DNA of 64,000 bases from Bacteroidota bacterium. GTDB lineage: Bacteria > Bacteroidota > Bacteroidia > 2-12-FULL-35-15. The translations under genes and the position numbers were made by a program. Numbering within the stretch: the first letter of the stretch is position 1; each line of letters starts with the position of its first letter. The notes beneath the pieces were generated by a model. That model saw only the letters and a list, made by a program, of their open reading frames with translations. It had not been told where the DNA came from and ran no database searches. Positions 1 to 11,180 of this stretch are shown here, piece after piece. The DNA lies in assembly GCA_040387415.1 (NCBI GenBank), contig JAZKDU010000004.1, forward strand, positions 185,231 through 249,230, given 5' to 3'.

Positions 1-22
1 TGCCTTCCGTTATCATATAGAG

Positions 23-898
23 TTACAGAACATTCAATAATTGTTCTTTAATTTTTTCAAGTTCGTCTTTCATTCGCACTACTATTTTTTGAATACCAGC
101 ATCATTTGCTTTTGAACCAATTGTATTGATTTCACGGCCGATTTCCTGAGAAATAAACCCAAGCTTACGTCCACTGGCAGGCTCGTGCATGGTGGTTGTA
201 AAATAATCAAGATGTGTTTTTAATCTCAATTTTTCTTCAGTAATATCTAATTTTTCAATATAATAAATCAGTTCTTGTTCAAAGCGGTTTTCATCAATTT
301 TTTCTTTATCAACCAATTCGGCAATGTTGCTTTTTATCCGGTTACGCACATTCTCGACACGGGCACCATCCATACGGATAACTTCTGCTAATAATTCGGA
401 AACTAATCCAATACGGGTTTGAAATTCTTTTGCAAGTGTTCCGCCTTCGTCTGAACGAAATTTTTGAAATGCTTCAATTGCTTTATCAACGGTAGTTTTT
501 ACTTGTTTCCATTCCGCCTCATCCAGCTCTGCAACTTCTCTTTCCGCTTTCATTACCTCTGGCATTTTCACAACCAGTGCTAATATATTACTTGTGTTGT
601 CATTTAACTCATCCGATAAGGCTTTCAATTCCCTATAATATGTTTTTGCTAATGTTTTGTTAATAGCCACAGGCAACGTTTCCTGCGTTGATTCAGTATA
701 TACACTTAAATCAACTTTTCCGCGCTCTATTTGTTTTGAAATATCACTGCGTAACTCCAATTCTTTTTCCTTATAAATATAAGGTAAACGCAAGTTTAAA
801 TCAAGTGCTTTACTGTTTAAGGAACGAACTTCAACCGTTACTTTTTTTCCTGGAATTTCGATTGTGGATTTCCCATAACCGGTCATTGACTTAATCAT
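23..898 (-). CDS. yicC: YicC/YloC family stress-induced protein. Start trimmed to an internal Met; the ORF track gives 23..1045.
   Basis: The N-terminus MIKSMTGYGKS is the hallmark start of YicC-family proteins. Length is about 292 aa and the C-terminal half is helical. The 49-aa upstream extension in the ORF track has no homology features and is a likely frame artefact. Confidence 0.8.
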   Translation of the reverse strand: MIKSMTGYGKSTIEIPGKKVTVEVRSLNSKALDLNLRLPYIYKEKELELRSDISKQIERGKVDLSVYTESTQETLPVAINKTLAKTYYRELKALSDELNDNTSNILALVVKMPEVMKAEREVAELDEAEWKQVKTTVDKAIEAFQKFRSDEGGTLAKEFQTRIGLVSELLAEVIRMDGARVENVRNRIKSNIAELVDKEKIDENRFEQELIYYIEKLDITEEKLRLKTHLDYFTTTMHEPASGRKLGFISQEIGREINTIGSKANDAGIQKIVVRMKDELEKIKEQLLNVL

Positions 899-1184
899 AC
901 GTTTTTTATTTGAAAACAAATGTAAGGTTTTTTGATTTCTTATTGTTTTAACTTGCAGCCAAAATTCCGGTAAAAACAGTTTGCTTTTGGGTTTGTCTGA
1001 CCGAATTTGTTTGCTGAAGTTTGATTTACGAGTATTATTATTCATGAATTGAAACTATAATGAATGGTTTTCGTAGAAAGGATTTGGGTTTTATTAATTT
1101 TAAACAAGGAAATTCAAATTGTTATTACTATTAAAAAAACAGTGCAACTTTTTAAGTGATTATGACATCTAAGTAGTATAATTG

Positions 1185-1193
1185 TTTTTTTTT
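1185..1193 (+). promoter_or_regulatory. T9 homopolymer tract in the promoter region about 55 bp upstream of the giant adhesin gene start
   Basis: The run gtttttttttg (9 T) is seen directly in the divergent yicC / giant-gene intergenic region. Promoter-spacer homopolymers are a known length-dependent expression switch. Confidence 0.3.
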
Positions 1194-1247
1194 GTAAATT
1201 CAACAGGGATTGTCATTTAAAAAATTGAAATTTTTTAATAAAAAAAC

Positions 1248-4200
1248 ATGAAAAAAGCTTTACTTTTTCTTACTGCAAAGACACTTTTTTTATTGTTTTT
1301 TTTGAGTCTGACGACCCTAAGGTCTTTTTCTCAAAGTGGCAGTGTAACTATTTCTCAAAATGTTCCAACATCCGTTACTGTATGTGGGAGCACCGCCTTT
1401 TCATTAAATGTTAAAAACATTACAGGAAGTAATTTAAGTGGATTGTTACTCAATATTTCGATGCCCGGAGGTGTAAATTATATTCCGGGATCAATAAGCA
1501 GTATTCCCTCGGGTGTGACGCAATCCAATATATCAAATTTACAAAGTCCTATATTTACGGTTCCTACTTTAGGCCCCTTCGCCTTTATTACGATTGCCTT
1601 TGAAGCAACAGTCGATTGTAACATTATTGCATACCAAAGCGGAGGAAATCCGATAGTTAATATTGCAAAAATAACCTACCCGAATTTAACTACCGATCAA
1701 AATACTTCTATCACTTATAATGTAAATGCTCCGTCATTGGCAATATCAACTTTTATCAACCAAACCTTTACAGCCATTATTGGAACAACTTTTACAAGAA
1801 GTATTACAATAACAAACAGCGGTTCCGGTTCATTGTCTTCATTTGTATTTACAGATATACACGGTAACGAAATAGATATTTTTGCGGCAACTCCAGGCAC
1901 TCTCTCGGGTAATATTACAAATGATACTGTAAAAATTTCTGGTGGTAATTTTACAACAGTAGGAGATAATGATTCCTTATTTGAAAACGGTGAAAGTATT
2001 ACTATTGTAGAAAGCATCAAAATACTCAAATGCAGTCAAACAGGCGTCCCTTCAAGCATTAAAGCGGTCTGGAGCTGTAATAGCCAAACCTGTCAGACAA
2101 TCACAACAACGGCTAATATTACTGTTCCTCCTGCCGGAACGCCAGAGTTGGTTATCACACCTACGGAATCATTTGAAACCTGTTTGGATAACACTACAGC
2201 GCGTGAACAATCCTTGAGCATTGTAAATAATGGTTCGGGACCCGCAAACAATATATTTCTGGATATTTATCAAGGGCATTTTACAAGTCCGAATAGTAAT
2301 TATGTAACAAGGATTGATGAGAACAGTTTTACTTATCAAATAGGAATTAACGGCACTCCAACGCCATTAGCAGCGGACAGCGCTTTAAATAATAATCCAT
2401 ACCTATGTCTTGGCCCGGTTCCTAAATACTATGTTTATCTGCATCTGCCGGTATATATCAGCCCGGTAACTGATACGGTTTATCTGAAATGGAATTCGTT
2501 TGCCTGCTGCCAGTCAACCAGTTGCGACAGCTCCTTTCTAACGGCAGTTGCTCCATGGGAGTTTAAAGGAAGATATACGGATGCCTGCGATACGGTAAAT
2601 GTTTATGATATATTTCCTACTGCTGGCGGGGATATCTATGGAAGATATCTCAACACTTCCATGGCCCCTGAAGATATGCCAACAGACATTTCAGATGGCA
2701 GCACGAGTACGTTTGAGCATTTGGTGACCAACTGGCAGAATGAACTTGATTCATCACCAGGAGCCTATTACCAGGTTCAGGTTACTATTCCGCCATGTTT
2801 TACACTTGCCGCAGGCGCTTCATCAATACGGTTCAGATACAATCCTAATGGAACGTTATGGCTACCCACATCGCCTATAACAATATCCGGAAATGTGGCT
2901 ACGGCTATTTTCGCAACGCCTGATCCGTTTGGTGTGAACGGCCTTAGTCAGGCATCTCTGCTTTTTGATTTAGTTTCCGATTGCTCAAGTTGCCCAATTG
3001 CTCAGCAAACGGGGCAAAGCGTTGCTGTAGATATAAAATATAATCCTGATCCCTCGTGTTCAAACCCTTGTTTACTAAAAGTATATTGCAATTCAAATAT
3101 TGTAAACCTGCATTGTGGAAGTAGCGATTGTCCTGGTGGAGGAATCAATTTTGTAAGTTATAAAATGGAGCGTACAAGCTATGGGTTGCCTGATAATAAT
3201 GATGACGGATTACCTGAAGCCGGAAGTGTAAATCTTAGTTTGATTAAAACACGGAGAGCAATGACCGGAGATACTCTTACCGGTTATTTTAAAGGCCTTA
3301 TTGACACTTCGCTGGCTAATCCAACATTTTCACATGTTTACGCCTCTGCCACAATAAATAACTTAGGTACCTACATTACATTTATCGATGCCAATGTTAG
3401 AATCTATGATGCCAGCACCGGCACTACCTATAGTTGTAATAATGTGCCTCCGCTATCTTCCGCACCAAGCGGAAATAATTTTGTTTCTACATTTGATGTG
3501 AGTCCATCGTATTTGAATACCAATGGCTGTGGAATACCACCCGGGTTTCTTTTTGAAGAAGGCGATTCCGTTTTGCTGAATCACCGATACAAGGTTACAG
3601 GAAATACAGGCGGTACTGTAGTTTCAAGCAATACCACCACCGATTTTTATGCCAGCAATGTTCCTAATCCCCCGCCAAATCCAGTTCCTGCGGACAGATT
3701 TACCTGTGATAATTTTTCAGGAAATTATCTTTCCCTTTACGGATTTTATTTTGCGAGCGATACCATTGGTACCTATGTTGCAAAGTCCTGTAATACACCC
3801 ACAGTAAGGAACACCAATTTGTTAAGTATAGGGCCTTGCTGTCAGAATTATGGCAGCAATAAATTCCCATTTGAATATCGCCCATGGGCCAATATTGATA
3901 CGGTGAAAGTGGTGATACCTTTTGGTTACGATTATGTTTCAGCTACCGCAAATGGAATTGGGCAGTCTACAACCGTTATTAATCCTCTGAATCCGTTATC
4001 AGATACGTTGATATTTGATATGGGTGCCCTATACACTGGCGGTACCTGGCCGAATTACAGTTTTGATGGATACCATAATACTGTTCAGGTTAAATTAACA
4101 CCAACCTGTAATGTAACAAACAGCATACTTAACCCTGTTAAATTTGACGAAACACATGAAAAAGTTCCCTTTATTGGCGGTGGATATTCAACAGTAAGCC

Positions 4201-7200
4201 TTACAGATTTTATAGCGTATACAGCACCTGTTTTTAATATTCAGTCCACGCTGCAAACCGTTGATGGTATTGATAATATTGAAAGCTGGGAAATAACGGT
4301 ATGTAATTTATCAAACAACTCAACAGCTAATAATTCCTGGCTGAGTTTTGTTTCACCAAACAGTAATATCAGTGTAATAGATGTAATAGATACAACAACG
4401 CATACCATTGTGCCGTCAGTGGGCGGTATTTACCAGATTGGTTCAAGACCATTTAATTCCTGTGCTACTTATGCCATCCGGTTTACATACAGTGCCTGCT
4501 CAAAAGATAGTTTAATTGTAAATGCGGGTTGGAATTGCAGCGGTTATCCTCCTTCATTATCTGCTTACCCCTGCGTTCCGAAAACATATCCTCTTTTTGT
4601 GGATCCGAAACCTGCAGGAATACAGATGCTGATTGCCGGTCCTGCAAGAGATACGGTGAATTTGTGCGATACTACAAGATATCAGGTAACAATTAACAGT
4701 GTGCTTGTAGCTTCTGTTTATAATATTGTGGTTAAAGCCGCTCTTCCATCCGGTATGTCTATAGTACCGGGTACATCGGAAATTCTTTATCCTGAAACCC
4801 CCGTTGTATGGAGCCCTATATCCGATCCTGTTGCCGATCAATGGCATTTGTCTGACTCTGTTTTACAACTGGCTAGCGGTTTGCCCGGAGCGGGCTCCCC
4901 TGCTGCAGATCAATTGCGGATACGATTCAAAATACGTCCTGATTGCGGATATATTTCAGGAAGTACGGTGCCTTTTTCAACAACATCTACTGATATCTGC
5001 GGTCAAAGTCTTCCTACACAATATGCTACTTCAGGGCCCTTATATATACAAGGGGTGGAACAGCTGAATGTCACCACAACGAACGTTACGATAAATCCAA
5101 TCAGCCCCTGCGGAAGCCCATCTCTGGTTAAGGTTCGGGTGCTGAATGTCGGACCAACCGCGACCACCGGTAATGAGCATTTTAATTTCCCTCTTAATAC
5201 GGGGGCAAATTATGTTCCTGGTTCATTTGTTGGATTGCATAATCCTCCTCCAATTGCTATACCATCTACAGCAAGCATAAACGGAGAAAATTACATGGAC
5301 TGGCAATTTCCCGTTGGTGTAGCACCGCTGGATACGGTGGTGTTTAATTTCTTTATTCAGGTGAATCCGGATTCTGTCAATTGCTCTTCTGTGTTGTTTC
5401 CTGTTAAAACAACAGGAGCCTTTAGTGCTACCTGTATCGCAGATAACAGCATTTGTATTATACGGGCAATAACCAGTGCTGCCGCTATTACTGTTCCGGT
5501 TAATAAACCTTGTTTGACTGTTACCGCCCTCGATGCCAGCTCACAGCCTGCCGGTGGTGGTGAAAATATGTTGGTAGATTATACGGTATTCAACTCCTGC
5601 GGTGATAAAGCAACCGGTTTACCGGTTACTGTTTATTTTTATTTCGACAATGACAATAACGGTCTGCATTCCCCTGGCGATACGTTAATTGGAACCAATA
5701 CATTTACTGATTCATTGCTTTCCAATACAGGGAATACGTATAACAACGTAAGCTTTTTTACGTCCACAGTGGCTTCCTGTTCTATTTTGGCAGTGATTGA
5801 TACTTCTTTCAATTCATGTACTTGCGCGAATAGTTTGATAGCATCAACTATTCCGTTGCTAAACGCTGGATTGGACAGTTCTTTTTGTTCAGGCGACAGC
5901 TTAACAATAGGGTTAGCGGCAACAACAGGATATACGTATTTGTGGGCACCGGTAACGGGTTTAAGTAATACAACTGCTTCCAGCACCAAGGTTACTCTTA
6001 CTAATATTAGTTCTGCTCCGGTAACTCATGTTTATACTTTAACAACAGATCGCGGTGCTTGTGTTAGTGTAGATACGGTGAATATTACTGTTAATCCGAT
6101 ACCTTCAGCAATTGCAACGCCTACGTCACAAACATTCTGTTCCGGTGACAGCACTTCCATAGCGTTGTCAAGTAATACAACCGGGAGCACATTTTCGTGG
6201 GTTGTTAATCAATCCGGTGTAACCGGAGCTACAGCCGATTCAGGTGCTGTTATTATACAAACACTTTTAACTACGGGCTCAGTTGCCGGTACAGCAACTT
6301 ATACAATTACTCCTTCAGCAAACGGTTGTGCCGGAAGTTCTGTAACAGCTTCAATTACTGTAAATCCGGTGGATGCCAGTGCTGCTTTTAATTATACTTC
6401 GGGTACGTATTGTCAGTCAGGATCAAATCAAACACCCACCATCAATGGCTTACCGGGTGGTACGTTCACCTTTACTCCCGGAGGATTGATTATTAATTCT
6501 TCCACCGGAACTATTAATTTATCAGCAAGCACATTAGGCACCTATCTGGTAACCTATACAACCACCGGTATTTGTCCGAAAATGAATACAGTAGCTGTTA
6601 CAATTACCAATGTTACACCTTCTGCGGCCTTCAGTTATCCCAATTCTTCGTATTGCCCGAACGGCAGCAATCCATTACCGGTGTTTGCATCCGGAGCGAG
6701 TGCTGGTATATTCACCGCAACGCCTTCGGGGTTGGTTTTTGTGAATTCAAATACCGGTCAGATCGATCTGACTTTAAGCACACCGGGTACATACACAGTT
6801 ATTAATACAATTCCGGCCAGTGGGTCTTGTCTGGCTGCCACAGCTACATCAACTATTACCATTGCGCTGGATGATGCTTCTTTTGTGTACACTTCTGCTA
6901 CCTATTGTTTGTCGGGGACAGATCCGACACCAACAGTAACAGGCTTAGCCGGTGGCACATTTTCAGCCACACCTTCCGGTTTATCAATTAACCCGTCAAC
7001 AGGTGTTATCGACCTTTCTGCAAGTACCGTAGCTGCCTATACATTAAGTTACACAACAAATGGCAATTGCCCTAATACAAGCTCTATACTGATGACTATT
7101 GACAGTGTTAGCCCTTCTGCTGTTTTCAGTTACTCAAATTCTACATTCTGTCAAAACAGTAATAACCCATTACCAATATATGCTGCGGGCGGAAGTGCAG

Positions 7201-10200
7201 GTATATATACTGCGAGCCCTGCCGGTATGGCATTTGTTCATATTAACACGGGTGAAATTGATCTGGCACTCAGTACTCCTGGTACTTATACCGTTACCAA
7301 TACTATTCCAGCAAGTGGTACCTGTTTTGCCACTTTTGATACTACCACAGTTGTTATTACATCAGCTGATAATGCTTCTTTTAGTTATGCTTCCGGAACA
7401 TATTGTACATCGGGGACTAACCCAACACCCGCTGTAACAGGTATCTCCGGTGGAACGTTTTCTTCAAGCCCTGCGGGGTTATCTATTAATGCATCAACAG
7501 GTACAATAAATCTTGCAACAAGCTTGCTGGGCGCTTATGCGGTGATGTATACAACAAATGGCACTTGTCCGAACAGCAGCTCGTTAACTATAACGATTGG
7601 TAATACAACTCCATCCGCAACGTTTGCTTATTCGGGATCAAGCTTCTGCCAGAATGGTGGAAATCCGACTCCGATCTTCGCTTCGGGAGCAAGTGCGGGA
7701 ACATTTTCGGCCACTCCCGCAGGATTGTCATTTGTAAATACAACTACTGGAGAGATCAATATGTCCCAGAGTTTGCTTGGAACTTATACGATTGTTAATA
7801 CAATTCCTGCAAGTGGCAGCTGTTTGGCAGTGAGCGCTACAACTACTTTTAGCATTGTTATTGATGATGCATCATTTACCTATACATCGGCAACATATTG
7901 TCAGTCAGGAACCAATCCTACACCAACTATAACCGGACTGCCGGGAGGTACTTTCTCTTCCGTCCCTACAGGATTAGTTATTAATCCGACAACAGGAACG
8001 ATAAACCTTTCAACAAGTGCCTTAGGCACATATACACTAAGCTATACAACAAATGGCCTTTGCTCCAGCACAAGTTCTATAACCATGACAATAGGCAATA
8101 CAAACCCTGTTGCGACTTATAGTTATTCCAATGCCTCTTTTTGTCAGAATGGAACAGATCCTTACCCAGTGTTTGCTTCCGGTGCCAGCGCAGGTATATT
8201 TTCTGCTGTACCTTCGGGTTTAAGTTTTGTTCATGTGAATACAGGACAGATTGATTTATCAACAAGTACTCCGGGTACTTATACTGTTACCAATGCTATT
8301 CCTGCAAGTGGCAGCTGCCTTGCAACTTTTGCAAGCACAACAGTAATTATCACACCTTCTGATAACGCGTCCTTTCATTATTCTTCTGGAACATATTGTC
8401 AGTCGGGTGGCAATCAAACACCCGTAATTACAGGGGTGTTGGGCGGTACCTTTTCAGCTGTTCCGGCAGGGTTATCGGTTGACACTTTAACAGGTGTAAT
8501 TGATTTAGCATCCAGTTCTTTAGGTGTATATATGGTTTCCTACACAACAAGTGGTGCGTGTCAGAATACGAGTTCCCTGGCTATTACTATAGCAAATACA
8601 ACGCCACCCGCCAACTTTAATTATTCGGGTTCACCGTTTTGTCAATCGGGAAACAATCCGTATCCGGTTTTTGGAACAGGTGCCAGTGCAGGTGTATTTT
8701 CTGCTGTTCCGGCAGGACTGGTATTTGTAAATGTTAATACGGGTGAAATTGACCTAACACTAAGCGCCCAAGGTACATATACAATAACAAATACAATTCC
8801 TACAAGCGGCACTTGTTTGGCGACAAGTGCAGTAAGCACCATTACAATTGGGTCAGGTGATGCTTCCTTTATTTATAGTTCAGGGTTTTACTGTCAATCA
8901 GGAACGAATCCAAGCCCAATTATTATTGGATTAACCGGGGGGACTTTTTCTGCAAGCCCCGCAGGACTGGTAGTTAATGCGTCAACTGGTTTGATCGACC
9001 TCGCAACAAGTTCTTTAGGCACATATACATTAACCTATACAACAAATGGTGTTTGCCCGGGTTCCAGCTCTATGCCAATGACCATAGGTACTGTTACACC
9101 ATCTGCAAGTTTCAGTTATTTGGGTTCTCAATTCTGTCAGAATGGACAAAACCCATATCCGCAGCCAGGTTCCTATTTTGGTGTGTTTTCGGCTACACCT
9201 AACGGTTTGTCTTTTGTGAATCTGAATACGGGTGAGATTAATTTAACGCAGAGCGTACCCGGAACCTATGCAGTAACCAACACGATACCAGCAAGCGGCA
9301 CATGCCTGGAAGCAAGTGCAACGACTGTGGTTATTATAACCCCTGCGGATAATGCATCATTCACGTATTCTTCAGCCACGTATTGTGAGTCTGGTGCAAA
9401 TCCAACTCCGGTAATAACCGGTTTAACAGGAGGATATTTTTCAGCAAGTCCGGCCGGCTTATCAATTAATCCAGCAACAGGAACAATAAATTTAGCAGCA
9501 AGCGCACTAAATATATATACACTCAGTTATACCACGAATGGTGTTTGTCCGAATACTACTTCAATAACAATGACAATTACTAATGTGACACCTTCTGCTG
9601 ATTTCAGTTATGCAGGTTCTCCTTTCTGTCAGTATGGAAATGATCCATATCCTCAGTTTATACAGGGGGCAAGTGCCGGGTTGTTCCTTGCTAATCCTGC
9701 AGGTTTGGTATTTGTGCATGTAAATACAGGTCAGATCGATCTGTCTGCAAGTTTGCCGGGCACCTACACCGTTTTTAATACAATTCCTGTAAGCGGCAGC
9801 TGCCTTTCTGCAAGTGCTTCCTACATCATTACCATAGATGCCGCTCCGGTGGTTACAGCAAGTGTTTCAACTCTTACTGTTTGTAATGGAGGTACAGCCA
9901 CTATATCGTTAACAAGCTCGCAGCCCGGCACAAGCTATGTGTGGAGTGTATCTCAAGCAGGCGTATCAGGGGCTGTGCCAGGTACCGGTCCGGTTATCTC
10001 AACTACTTTAACACTTACAGGAACAAACGGAGGCAGCGCTACCTATACAATTACTCCTACAGCAAATGGATGTACCGGAGTGCCAATAATAGTGCCCGTT
10101 ACGATCAGTCCTTTACCGACTTTGAATACCAGTGCTGCAATTATTACGCCTGCAAATTGTCAGGATAGCACAGGCTCGGTTCAGGGCATTGCAGTTGTTT

Positions 10201-10883
10201 CGGGCTATCCTGCATTCCAATACGAATGGCGCGATTCTGCAGGTGTAGTTGTTGGAAATGCTGCCGATCTTAATAACGTAGGTACGGGTATATATCTATT
10301 AACTGTAACAGATGCCAATGGCTGTACTACTTCGTCTTCAACTTATACAATAACTTCAACAACAGTTATTGTTGCGGCCTTTAGCGTGGATACCACAACA
10401 GGCGAAACACCTTTAACTGTAAGCTTTATAAATACCAGTACCAATGCGGTTAATTACTTATGGCAGTTTGGAACAGGGGATACTTCTACAGCCATAAACC
10501 CAACGTATACCTACATACCAACGGGAGATTTCAGTGTTTGTTTAATGGCTGATAACGGGGGAGGTTGCATGGATACTTCCTGTATGCAAATTGAAGTGTT
10601 CGTAAACTCGGTATTTGTACTCCCAAATGTATTTTCACCGAACGGGGATGATGTAAATGATGTATTTGCCGTGCAGGGAAAAGGTCTTGAAGCACTTGAT
10701 GGAGAAATATACAATCGCTGGGGACAAAAATTATTTGAATGGCATTCTGTTAGTGGAGGGTGGGATGGGAGATCTGCCAGCGGTTTATTATGTCCGGAGG
10801 GCACCTACTATTTTGTTATTAGCGCTACAGGAAAAGATGGAAAAAATTATTATGAAAGAGGTGCATTTTCTTTGGTTCATTAA
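1248..10883 (+). CDS. giant cell-surface adhesin-like protein (3211 aa) with a T9SS type-B (gliding-motility-associated) C-terminal sorting domain
   Basis: N-terminal signal peptide MKKALLFLTAKTLFLLFFLSLTTLRSFSQ. About 1000-aa N-terminal module, followed by a long array of alternating ~85-aa Cys-containing Ig/HYR-like repeats. C-terminus ...NVFSPNGDDVNDVFAVQG...IYNRWGQKLFEW...GWDG...CPEGTYYFVI... matches the gliding-motility C-terminal domain (type-B T9SS CTD) consensus. Confidence 0.85.
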   Translation: MKKALLFLTAKTLFLLFFLSLTTLRSFSQSGSVTISQNVPTSVTVCGSTAFSLNVKNITGSNLSGLLLNISMPGGVNYIPGSISSIPSGVTQSNISNLQSPIFTVPTLGPFAFITIAFEATVDCNIIAYQSGGNPIVNIAKITYPNLTTDQNTSITYNVNAPSLAISTFINQTFTAIIGTTFTRSITITNSGSGSLSSFVFTDIHGNEIDIFAATPGTLSGNITNDTVKISGGNFTTVGDNDSLFENGESITIVESIKILKCSQTGVPSSIKAVWSCNSQTCQTITTTANITVPPAGTPELVITPTESFETCLDNTTAREQSLSIVNNGSGPANNIFLDIYQGHFTSPNSNYVTRIDENSFTYQIGINGTPTPLAADSALNNNPYLCLGPVPKYYVYLHLPVYISPVTDTVYLKWNSFACCQSTSCDSSFLTAVAPWEFKGRYTDACDTVNVYDIFPTAGGDIYGRYLNTSMAPEDMPTDISDGSTSTFEHLVTNWQNELDSSPGAYYQVQVTIPPCFTLAAGASSIRFRYNPNGTLWLPTSPITISGNVATAIFATPDPFGVNGLSQASLLFDLVSDCSSCPIAQQTGQSVAVDIKYNPDPSCSNPCLLKVYCNSNIVNLHCGSSDCPGGGINFVSYKMERTSYGLPDNNDDGLPEAGSVNLSLIKTRRAMTGDTLTGYFKGLIDTSLANPTFSHVYASATINNLGTYITFIDANVRIYDASTGTTYSCNNVPPLSSAPSGNNFVSTFDVSPSYLNTNGCGIPPGFLFEEGDSVLLNHRYKVTGNTGGTVVSSNTTTDFYASNVPNPPPNPVPADRFTCDNFSGNYLSLYGFYFASDTIGTYVAKSCNTPTVRNTNLLSIGPCCQNYGSNKFPFEYRPWANIDTVKVVIPFGYDYVSATANGIGQSTTVINPLNPLSDTLIFDMGALYTGGTWPNYSFDGYHNTVQVKLTPTCNVTNSILNPVKFDETHEKVPFIGGGYSTVSLTDFIAYTAPVFNIQSTLQTVDGIDNIESWEITVCNLSNNSTANNSWLSFVSPNSNISVIDVIDTTTHTIVPSVGGIYQIGSRPFNSCATYAIRFTYSACSKDSLIVNAGWNCSGYPPSLSAYPCVPKTYPLFVDPKPAGIQMLIAGPARDTVNLCDTTRYQVTINSVLVASVYNIVVKAALPSGMSIVPGTSEILYPETPVVWSPISDPVADQWHLSDSVLQLASGLPGAGSPAADQLRIRFKIRPDCGYISGSTVPFSTTSTDICGQSLPTQYATSGPLYIQGVEQLNVTTTNVTINPISPCGSPSLVKVRVLNVGPTATTGNEHFNFPLNTGANYVPGSFVGLHNPPPIAIPSTASINGENYMDWQFPVGVAPLDTVVFNFFIQVNPDSVNCSSVLFPVKTTGAFSATCIADNSICIIRAITSAAAITVPVNKPCLTVTALDASSQPAGGGENMLVDYTVFNSCGDKATGLPVTVYFYFDNDNNGLHSPGDTLIGTNTFTDSLLSNTGNTYNNVSFFTSTVASCSILAVIDTSFNSCTCANSLIASTIPLLNAGLDSSFCSGDSLTIGLAATTGYTYLWAPVTGLSNTTASSTKVTLTNISSAPVTHVYTLTTDRGACVSVDTVNITVNPIPSAIATPTSQTFCSGDSTSIALSSNTTGSTFSWVVNQSGVTGATADSGAVIIQTLLTTGSVAGTATYTITPSANGCAGSSVTASITVNPVDASAAFNYTSGTYCQSGSNQTPTINGLPGGTFTFTPGGLIINSSTGTINLSASTLGTYLVTYTTTGICPKMNTVAVTITNVTPSAAFSYPNSSYCPNGSNPLPVFASGASAGIFTATPSGLVFVNSNTGQIDLTLSTPGTYTVINTIPASGSCLAATATSTITIALDDASFVYTSATYCLSGTDPTPTVTGLAGGTFSATPSGLSINPSTGVIDLSASTVAAYTLSYTTNGNCPNTSSILMTIDSVSPSAVFSYSNSTFCQNSNNPLPIYAAGGSAGIYTASPAGMAFVHINTGEIDLALSTPGTYTVTNTIPASGTCFATFDTTTVVITSADNASFSYASGTYCTSGTNPTPAVTGISGGTFSSSPAGLSINASTGTINLATSLLGAYAVMYTTNGTCPNSSSLTITIGNTTPSATFAYSGSSFCQNGGNPTPIFASGASAGTFSATPAGLSFVNTTTGEINMSQSLLGTYTIVNTIPASGSCLAVSATTTFSIVIDDASFTYTSATYCQSGTNPTPTITGLPGGTFSSVPTGLVINPTTGTINLSTSALGTYTLSYTTNGLCSSTSSITMTIGNTNPVATYSYSNASFCQNGTDPYPVFASGASAGIFSAVPSGLSFVHVNTGQIDLSTSTPGTYTVTNAIPASGSCLATFASTTVIITPSDNASFHYSSGTYCQSGGNQTPVITGVLGGTFSAVPAGLSVDTLTGVIDLASSSLGVYMVSYTTSGACQNTSSLAITIANTTPPANFNYSGSPFCQSGNNPYPVFGTGASAGVFSAVPAGLVFVNVNTGEIDLTLSAQGTYTITNTIPTSGTCLATSAVSTITIGSGDASFIYSSGFYCQSGTNPSPIIIGLTGGTFSASPAGLVVNASTGLIDLATSSLGTYTLTYTTNGVCPGSSSMPMTIGTVTPSASFSYLGSQFCQNGQNPYPQPGSYFGVFSATPNGLSFVNLNTGEINLTQSVPGTYAVTNTIPASGTCLEASATTVVIITPADNASFTYSSATYCESGANPTPVITGLTGGYFSASPAGLSINPATGTINLAASALNIYTLSYTTNGVCPNTTSITMTITNVTPSADFSYAGSPFCQYGNDPYPQFIQGASAGLFLANPAGLVFVHVNTGQIDLSASLPGTYTVFNTIPVSGSCLSASASYIITIDAAPVVTASVSTLTVCNGGTATISLTSSQPGTSYVWSVSQAGVSGAVPGTGPVISTTLTLTGTNGGSATYTITPTANGCTGVPIIVPVTISPLPTLNTSAAIITPANCQDSTGSVQGIAVVSGYPAFQYEWRDSAGVVVGNAADLNNVGTGIYLLTVTDANGCTTSSSTYTITSTTVIVAAFSVDTTTGETPLTVSFINTSTNAVNYLWQFGTGDTSTAINPTYTYIPTGDFSVCLMADNGGGCMDTSCMQIEVFVNSVFVLPNVFSPNGDDVNDVFAVQGKGLEALDGEIYNRWGQKLFEWHSVSGGWDGRSASGLLCPEGTYYFVISATGKDGKNYYERGAFSLVH
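6350..9830 (+). repeat. in-frame coding tandem repeat array: two alternating ~85-aa modules (period about 510 nt, about 7 double units) inside giant adhesin 1
   Basis: Protein repeats recur about 14 times. One module is ...ASF.YTS.TYCQSGTNPTP.ITGL.GGTFS..P.GL.IN..TGTI.L..S.LG.YT..YTTNG.CP..SS.T.TI.N..P. The other is SA.FSY..S.FCQNG.NP.P.FASGASAG.FSA.PAGL.FV..NTG.IDL..S.PGTYT..NTIPASGSCLA. The matching high DNA self-similarity is visible. Confidence 0.8.
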
Positions 10884-11002
10884 ACCCAGGATTTCATTTT
10901 TGATTTAAATCCCTCCAAAATACTCTTTTGTACTCCTTAATTGGTGTTCTGATGAGATGAAAAAATAATTATATTATTCGAGAGTAATAAAGGCATTCAG
11001 AT

Positions 11003-11033
11003 TGATTTTATCCGACATTATACTTAAATTTGC
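11003..11033 (+). promoter_or_regulatory. candidate Bacteroidota sigma-A promoter (TTG ... N20 ... TAAATTTG) for giant adhesin 2
   Basis: TTG at 11003-11005 and TAAATTTG at 11026-11033 match the Bacteroidetes -33 TTG / -7 TAnnTTTG consensus, with a 20-nt spacer. Confidence 0.35.
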
Positions 11034-11180
11034 AAGGAGTTGTAGCACGTTTCGTTTATCGATTTTTCATGAAGAAAATACCTGATTCGAATATTTAAAA
11101 TGCAACCAAATTTTAATTTATAGTGTCTTGTATTTTATGGAGCGTTGGTTGTTCCATGTTTATCTGGCAAAACAGCAAGC

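Noticed and set aside
6350-9830. Possible CRISPR array suggested by the regular repeats
   Set aside because: The repeat units are 255-510 nt, translated in frame within one ORF, with no short direct repeats, variable spacers or cas genes. They are protein-domain repeats.
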